From an uncultured delta proteobacterium (GTDB lineage: Bacteria; Desulfobacterota; Desulfobacteria; Desulfobacterales; SpSt-501), in NCBI GenBank assembly GCA_963828345.1, contig CAWHEZ010000004.1, positions 64,539-128,538 of the forward strand: DNA of 64,000 bases. Reading direction: 5' to 3'. Positions 59,178-64,000 of this stretch are shown here, in pieces; the first letter of the stretch is position 1, and every line of letters begins with the position of its first letter. The position numbers were made by a program, and so were the translations under genes. The notes beneath the pieces are model-generated. The model did not search any database. It was not told where the DNA came from and worked only from the letters and a program-made list of their open reading frames with translations.

Positions 59178-60281
59178 ATGAGGAAGATCGCGTTGCTGTT
59201 CGCAGTATCGGTTCTCGTGGCCGGACTGGCCGGCCCGGCCATGGCCGACATCAAGGTCGGCATCATGGTCCCCACCACCGGCTCGGAAGCCACCTACGGC
59301 AAGGACATGGAAAACGCGGTGAAGATGGCGGTCGATGAGCTCAACGCCAAGGGCGGGGTGCTCGGCCAGAAGTTCACGACCTTCACCGCCGACGACGGCT
59401 GCGACCCGCAGATGGCGACCGCCGCGGCCAGCAAGATCACCTCCGCGGGTGTCGACGCGGTGGTGGGCGGCTACTGCTCCGGCGCCACCCTGCCGACGCT
59501 GAAGATCTACGCGGACGCCGGGATCCCCTTCGTCATCACGGCCGCCAACTCCAGCAAGTTCAGCGACATGAACCCGGGCAACGCCTTCCTGGTCAACGCC
59601 ATCGGCAGCTACCAGGTCGAAACCGCCGTGGCGCTCTTCAAGAAGCTGGGCGTCAAAAAGCTCGCCATCGTCCACCAGGGCGACGGCTACTCCGAGGACC
59701 TCGCCAGCCTGACCCAGAAGAAGTGGAAGGAGCTGGGCAACGAGGTGGTGGCCTACGAGCTGGTCAACAAGGGCGAGCAGGACCAGTCCGCGCTCGTCAC
59801 CCGGCTGAAGTCCAAGAACCCGGACATGGTCTTCTGGACCGCCTACTACGCCGACGGCGGCCTGCTCATCAAGCAGCTGCGGCAGGGCGGCTACAAGGGC
59901 AAGATCGCCGTGGGCGACGGCTCGACCGACGCCAAGCTGCTCCAGATCGGCGGCAAGGCGACCGAGGGCGTCTACGCCCTGGCCAACCCGCTGCCCGAGT
60001 TCCTGACGACGGGCAAGAAGTTCATCGCCGACTACAAGGCCAAGTTCAAGGCCGACCCCGGCCCCTACTCGGCGCTGACCTACGACGGCATGATGCTGCT
60101 GGCCGACGCGATCAAGCGCGCCGGCTCCGCCGACAAGAAGGCCGTCACGGCCGCCCTCAAGAAGACCGACAAGTTCCCCGGCCTCTCCGGCCCGGTCTCC
60201 TTCACCGACAAGAACCTGCTGGCCACGTCCAACTTCGTGGTCCTGCTGGTCAAAGACGGCAAGTGGAGCCTGTCGAAGTAG
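59178..60281 (+). CDS. livK: Leu/Ile/Val-type periplasmic substrate-binding protein (LivK/LivJ family)
   Basis: ATG 59178 after a GAAGGAGG RBS. Signal peptide MRKIALLFAVSVLVAGLAGPAMA. IKVGIMVPTTGSEATYGKD is typical of type-I PBPs. Confidence 0.9.
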   Translation: MRKIALLFAVSVLVAGLAGPAMADIKVGIMVPTTGSEATYGKDMENAVKMAVDELNAKGGVLGQKFTTFTADDGCDPQMATAAASKITSAGVDAVVGGYCSGATLPTLKIYADAGIPFVITAANSSKFSDMNPGNAFLVNAIGSYQVETAVALFKKLGVKKLAIVHQGDGYSEDLASLTQKKWKELGNEVVAYELVNKGEQDQSALVTRLKSKNPDMVFWTAYYADGGLLIKQLRQGGYKGKIAVGDGSTDAKLLQIGGKATEGVYALANPLPEFLTTGKKFIADYKAKFKADPGPYSALTYDGMMLLADAIKRAGSADKKAVTAALKKTDKFPGLSGPVSFTDKNLLATSNFVVLLVKDGKWSLSK

Positions 60282-60300
60282 TCGCTCCGTCTCACTCCCC

Positions 60301-60329
60301 GGGCCCGCGCCGCGCTCCGGCGCGGGCCC
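60301..60329 (+). other. intercistronic GC-rich stem-loop after livK
   Basis: GGGCCCGCGCCG-CGCTC-CGGCGCGGGCCC, a perfect 12-bp stem with no T-run. Likely an mRNA stabiliser or attenuator rather than a full terminator. Confidence 0.5.
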
Positions 60330-60360
60330 TCACCCGCTCAGCCGCGAGAGGAACCGTCCC

Positions 60361-61275
60361 GTGGACACCCTCGACATCATCAGCCAGCAGATCGCCAACA
60401 GCCTCATCCTGGGGTCGTTCTACGCCCTGGTCGCCCTCGGCTACTCGATGGTCTACGGGATCATCAAGCTGTTGAACTTCGCCCACGGCGACGTCTACAT
60501 GGTCGGCGCCTTCATCGGGTTCACGCTCCTGTCGCTCCTGTCGGGCTTCCTGGGCGACGGCTGGCTGGGGATCAGCGCCGCGGTGGTGCTCTCCATGATC
60601 GCCACCGGGTTCCTGGGCGTCGTGATCCAGCGCATCGCCTACCGCCCGCTCCTGTCCGCGCCGCGGCTGTCGATCCTGATCACCGCCATGGGGGTCTCGC
60701 TGGTGCTCTTCAACGCGGTCATGGCCGCCACCTTCGGCGAGTACAAGGCCTTCGAGACCGGCCTGGACTTCGAGGGCGTCGATTTCGGCAGCATTCACAT
60801 CAGCCACACCCAGATCGTGCTGGTGCTGGCGACCGCGCTGCTGATGACGGGGCTGACCCTCTTCATCAACCGGACCATCTACGGCAAGGCCATGCGCGCC
60901 ATCTCGATCGACATGGACGCCTGCCGCCTGATGGGCATCGACGTCAACAAGATCATCGCCCTGACCTTCTTCGTGGGCTCGGCCCTGGCCGCGGCCGCCG
61001 GCGTCATGGCCGGCGTCTACTACGGGTCGATCCACTTCTTCATGGGCTTCATCATCGGCCTGAAGGCGTTCACCGCCGCGGTCTTCGGCGGCATCGGCAT
61101 CATCCCGGGGGCCATGCTGGGCGGGCTGCTGCTCGGGGCGCTCGAGTCCTTCGGGACGCAGATGCCCTGGATCGGCACGGAGTGGAAGGACGTCTTCTCG
61201 TTCGGCCTGCTGATCCTGATCCTGGTGTTCAAACCCAACGGCCTGATGGGCCGCAACGAAATCGAGAGGATGTGA
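60361..61275 (+). CDS. livH: branched-chain amino acid ABC transporter permease LivH
   Basis: 304-aa polytopic protein with a GTG start. LILGSFYALVALGYSMVYG is typical of LivH. Confidence 0.9.
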   Translation: MDTLDIISQQIANSLILGSFYALVALGYSMVYGIIKLLNFAHGDVYMVGAFIGFTLLSLLSGFLGDGWLGISAAVVLSMIATGFLGVVIQRIAYRPLLSAPRLSILITAMGVSLVLFNAVMAATFGEYKAFETGLDFEGVDFGSIHISHTQIVLVLATALLMTGLTLFINRTIYGKAMRAISIDMDACRLMGIDVNKIIALTFFVGSALAAAAGVMAGVYYGSIHFFMGFIIGLKAFTAAVFGGIGIIPGAMLGGLLLGALESFGTQMPWIGTEWKDVFSFGLLILILVFKPNGLMGRNEIERM

Positions 61276-61278
61276 GCC

Positions 61279-62274
61279 ATGGCCGCGAACGACGAGACGG
61301 CCGCCGTGCGCCGGACCGGGATGGCCGGCATCGAGGACCGCATCGCCGACGTTCTGGAGGACCGCAGCAAGCGCGCCGCCGTCTTCGCCGCGCTGGTCCT
61401 GACGGCCGTGCTGGTGCCGAGCGTCGGCAGCAACTACACGCTGGAGATCCTCACCAACTCCTTTCTCTACATCGTGCTCTGCCTCGGCCTGAACATCATC
61501 GTGGGCTACGCGGGCCTGCTCGACCTGGGGTTTGCCGCCTTCTTCGCGGTGGGCGCCTACAGCGTGGGGATCCTGACCTCCAAGTTCGGCTGGAACTTCT
61601 GGCTGGCCATCCCGCCGGCGCTCCTGCTCACGGTCGTCGTGCGCGTCGTCATCGGCGCGCCGACGCTGCGCCTGCGCAGCGACTACCTGGCGATCGTCAC
61701 GCTCGGCGCCGGCGAGATGATCCGCATCATCGCCCGCAACATGAAGGACCTGACCGGCGGCGCCAGCGGCCTGATCGGCATCCAGCGCCCCAGCATCTTC
61801 GGCCTGGAGCTCAACCAGATCAGCCACTACTATTACATCTTTCTGATCCTCGCGATCCTGGCCGTCTTCGCCAGCGACCGGCTCGAGAACTCGCGCCTGG
61901 GCCGGGCCTGGAAGTACGTGCGCGACGACGAGGACGCCGCCGAGGCGATGGGCATCGACCGCGTGGCCGTCAAGCTGTCGGCCTACATCATCGGGGCGCT
62001 CTTCGCGGGGCTCGCCGGCTGCTTCTACGCGGCCAAGATGACCGCCATCTCGCCCGAGACCTTCCAGTTCATGCAGTCGATCATGATCCTGGTGGCCGTC
62101 GTGCTGGGCGGCATGGGCAAGATCGCCGGCATGGTGGTCGGTGCGCTCGCCATGGTGCTCTTCCCGGAGATCTTCCGCGAGATCGGCTCCATGCGCATGC
62201 TGGTCTTCGGCGTGATCCTGATCGTGATGATGATCTTCAGGCCGCAGGGCCTGTGGCCCGACCGCCGGCACTGA
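61279..62274 (+). CDS. livM: branched-chain amino acid ABC transporter permease LivM
   Basis: 331-aa polytopic protein. GYAGLLDLGFAAFFAVGAY motif. Confidence 0.9.
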   Translation: MAANDETAAVRRTGMAGIEDRIADVLEDRSKRAAVFAALVLTAVLVPSVGSNYTLEILTNSFLYIVLCLGLNIIVGYAGLLDLGFAAFFAVGAYSVGILTSKFGWNFWLAIPPALLLTVVVRVVIGAPTLRLRSDYLAIVTLGAGEMIRIIARNMKDLTGGASGLIGIQRPSIFGLELNQISHYYYIFLILAILAVFASDRLENSRLGRAWKYVRDDEDAAEAMGIDRVAVKLSAYIIGALFAGLAGCFYAAKMTAISPETFQFMQSIMILVAVVLGGMGKIAGMVVGALAMVLFPEIFREIGSMRMLVFGVILIVMMIFRPQGLWPDRRH

Positions 62275-62283
62275 CAGGCTGCT

Positions 62284-62321
62284 GAAAACCGGCGTCTCGG
62301 GCCGTGATCCTGCGTTGCGCG
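62284..62321 (-). repeat. dispersed repeat, copy 2 (inverted relative to 57631-57670), inside the livM-livG spacer
   Basis: GAAAACCGGCGTCTCGGGCCGTGATCCTGCGTTGCGCGG, followed by a second palindromic stretch TTTGGGCA..TGCCCAAA at about 62325-62370. Confidence 0.6.
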
Positions 62322-62417
62322 GCCTTTGGGCATGCTCACATACTACGCGTATGCTGCGCTGCCCAAAAGACCGGGCGCCTTGGCTGACGGCCCGATACTG
62401 GGTTTTCAACACCCTGC

Positions 62418-63212
62418 ATGCATAAGGATGATTCTATGGCCATTCTGGAAGTCCAGGATCTGACGTTGCGGTTCGGCGGGCTGGAGGTCATCGACCGGCT
62501 CAGCTTCGAGGTCGAGGAGGGCGGCATCGTCAGCCTGATCGGGCCGAACGGGGCCGGGAAGACCTCGGTGTTCAACTGCCTGACCGGGTTTTACAAGCCG
62601 AGCTCGGGCGACATCCGCTTCAAGGGCGAGTCGGTGATGAGCCTCAAGCCGCACAAGATCACCGGACGCGGCATGGCGCGCACCTTCCAGAACCTGCGCC
62701 TGTTCAAGCAGATGACCGTCATCGAGAACGTCAAGTCCGGCCTGCACTGCCGCACCCGCGAGGGCGCGCTGGGGGCGATGCTGCGCAGCCCCGGCCAGCG
62801 CCGCGAAGAGGATCGGATCCGCAGCGCGGCCGAGGAGTGCCTGGCCTTCGTCGGCATCCTCGAGCACAAGGACCGCCTGGCGCGCAACCTGCCCTACGGC
62901 GACCAGCGGCGCGTGGAGTGGGCCCGCGCGCTCGCGACCCAGCCCAAGCTGCTGCTCTTCGACGAGCCCGCCGCGGGGTTGAACTACGACGAGAAGGAGC
63001 GGCTGATGACCCTCATCCGCCGCATCCGCGAGGAGCTCAAGATCACGGTCTTCCTGATCGAGCACGACATGGGGCTCGTGATGCGCGTCTCGGAGAAGGT
63101 GGTCGTCATCGACTATGGCCGCAAGATCGCCGAGGGCAACTGCGCCGAGGTCCAGAACGACCCCAAGGTCATCGAGGCCTACCTGGGCAAAGAGGACGAA
63201 GAGGGCAACTGA
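62418..63212 (+). CDS. livG: branched-chain amino acid ABC transporter ATPase LivG
   Basis: LEVQDLTLRFGGLEVIDRLSF, Walker A GPNGAGKTS, Walker B LLLFDEP. An alternative start is at 62436 (MAILEV). Confidence 0.9.
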   Translation: MHKDDSMAILEVQDLTLRFGGLEVIDRLSFEVEEGGIVSLIGPNGAGKTSVFNCLTGFYKPSSGDIRFKGESVMSLKPHKITGRGMARTFQNLRLFKQMTVIENVKSGLHCRTREGALGAMLRSPGQRREEDRIRSAAEECLAFVGILEHKDRLARNLPYGDQRRVEWARALATQPKLLLFDEPAAGLNYDEKERLMTLIRRIREELKITVFLIEHDMGLVMRVSEKVVVIDYGRKIAEGNCAEVQNDPKVIEAYLGKEDEEGN

Positions 63213-63213
63213 G

Positions 63214-63942
63214 ATGAACGAACCGGTTCTCCAGATCGACGGCCTGCAGACCTACTACGGCAAGATCCACGCGCTCAAGGGCATCAGCCTCGTCGTCCGG
63301 CGCGGGCAGATCGTGACGCTGCTCGGCGCCAACGGCGCCGGGAAAAGCACCACGCTGAAAACCATCTCCGGCCTGATCCGGGCCGCCGCCGGGACGATCG
63401 TGTTCGAGGGCACGGACATCACGGCCGCCCCGCCCCACGACATCGTGCGCATGGGCCTGATCCACGCCCCCGAGGGGCGCCGCATCTTCAAGGGCATGAG
63501 CGTCCAGGAAAACCTCGACCTCGGCGGGTTCACGGACCACCGGAACAAGGCCGAGCTGGAACGGCGGCGGCAGTACGTCTTCGAGCTGTTCCCGATTCTC
63601 TACGAACGCCGCGCCCAGGACTCCGGCCTGCTCTCCGGCGGCGAGCAGCAGATGCTCGCCATCGGCCGGGCGCTGATGACCAACCCCAAGCTCATGCTCC
63701 TGGACGAGCCGTCGATGGGCCTGGCCCCCTTCCTGGTCCAGGCCATCATGAAGATCATCCGCAAGCTCAACCAGCAGGGCGCCACCATCCTGCTGGTCGA
63801 GCAGAACGCCAAAGTCGCGCTCAAGCTGGCCGACTACGGCTACGTGCTCGAGACCGGGAAGATCGTCATCGAGGGCGACGGCGCCACCCTGCGCCAGGAC
63901 GAGAGCATCGTGAAGGCCTACCTCGGCGGCGGCAGCCACTGA
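63214..63942 (+). CDS. livF: branched-chain amino acid ABC transporter ATPase LivF
   Basis: ATG 63214. LQIDGLQTYYGKIHALKGISL, Walker A GANGAGKST, signature LSGGEQQMLAIGRAL, Walker B LMLLDEPS. Confidence 0.9.
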   Translation: MNEPVLQIDGLQTYYGKIHALKGISLVVRRGQIVTLLGANGAGKSTTLKTISGLIRAAAGTIVFEGTDITAAPPHDIVRMGLIHAPEGRRIFKGMSVQENLDLGGFTDHRNKAELERRRQYVFELFPILYERRAQDSGLLSGGEQQMLAIGRALMTNPKLMLLDEPSMGLAPFLVQAIMKIIRKLNQQGATILLVEQNAKVALKLADYGYVLETGKIVIEGDGATLRQDESIVKAYLGGGSH

Positions 63943-64000
63943 CAATAGCTCCGCACCCATCACCGCCGGCGCCAGGCTATTCGCCCCTGCTGCCGCGAGC

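Overview
High-GC (roughly 65%+) chromosomal segment that looks like an anaerobic Desulfobacterota-type (deltaproteobacterial) genome. I found no rRNA, tRNA, CRISPR array, transposase or integrase. Most long ORFs in the six-frame track are GC-driven antisense or off-frame shadows. The real genes form eight blocks. (1) 0-17.8 kb is a surface glycolipid/glycan locus: reductase fragment, ACP and Spt-like alpha-oxoamine synthase; an MsbA-like ABC exporter; an animal-type (NANS-like) NeuB synthase, SDR, aldehyde dehydrogenase and CMP-sugar synthetase; an FdtA/FdtB/acyltransferase amino-sugar module; a GT2; two tandem paralogous putative transferases; and a sulfotransferase. (2) 17.8-23.4 kb holds an atypical PEP-utilising enzyme coupled to a secreted protein, plus a tungsten-type aldehyde:ferredoxin oxidoreductase. 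(3) 23.6-32.5 kb holds envelope genes: LpxL-family acyltransferase, PBP1C and a thioester alpha-2-macroglobulin. (4) 32.7-37.3 kb is a LivKHMGF ABC importer. (5) 37.5-41.0 kb holds a DASS symporter, a CBS protein and a 2-hydroxyacid dehydrogenase. (6) 41.1-49.4 kb is a heterodisulfide-reductase/[NiFeSe]-hydrogenase operon: maturation protease, HTH, hdrA, mvhD, fused hdrCB-like gene, mvhG, mvhA. (7) 49.8-57.4 kb holds hrpB, carB and a PurF-like protein. (8) 57.8-63.9 kb holds a Cys/Thr proline-racemase-family enzyme and a second LivKHMGF importer. Main observations: four in-frame TGA codons in the Hdr/Mvh operon sit at conserved Cys positions. Each is followed 15-16 nt later by a hairpin, so they are best read as selenocysteine, not gene ends. 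At least 13 single-nucleotide frame breaks interrupt otherwise well-conserved genes between 10.5 and 43.2 kb; this is either indel-prone assembly or pseudogenisation. An HTH domain reads into hdrA without a stop, and that junction depends on a G9 homopolymer next to a 20-bp perfect palindrome. A sphingolipid-type module sits next to nonulosonic-acid genes. Several families of heptamer-repeat and hairpin intergenic elements occur, some inside operons.
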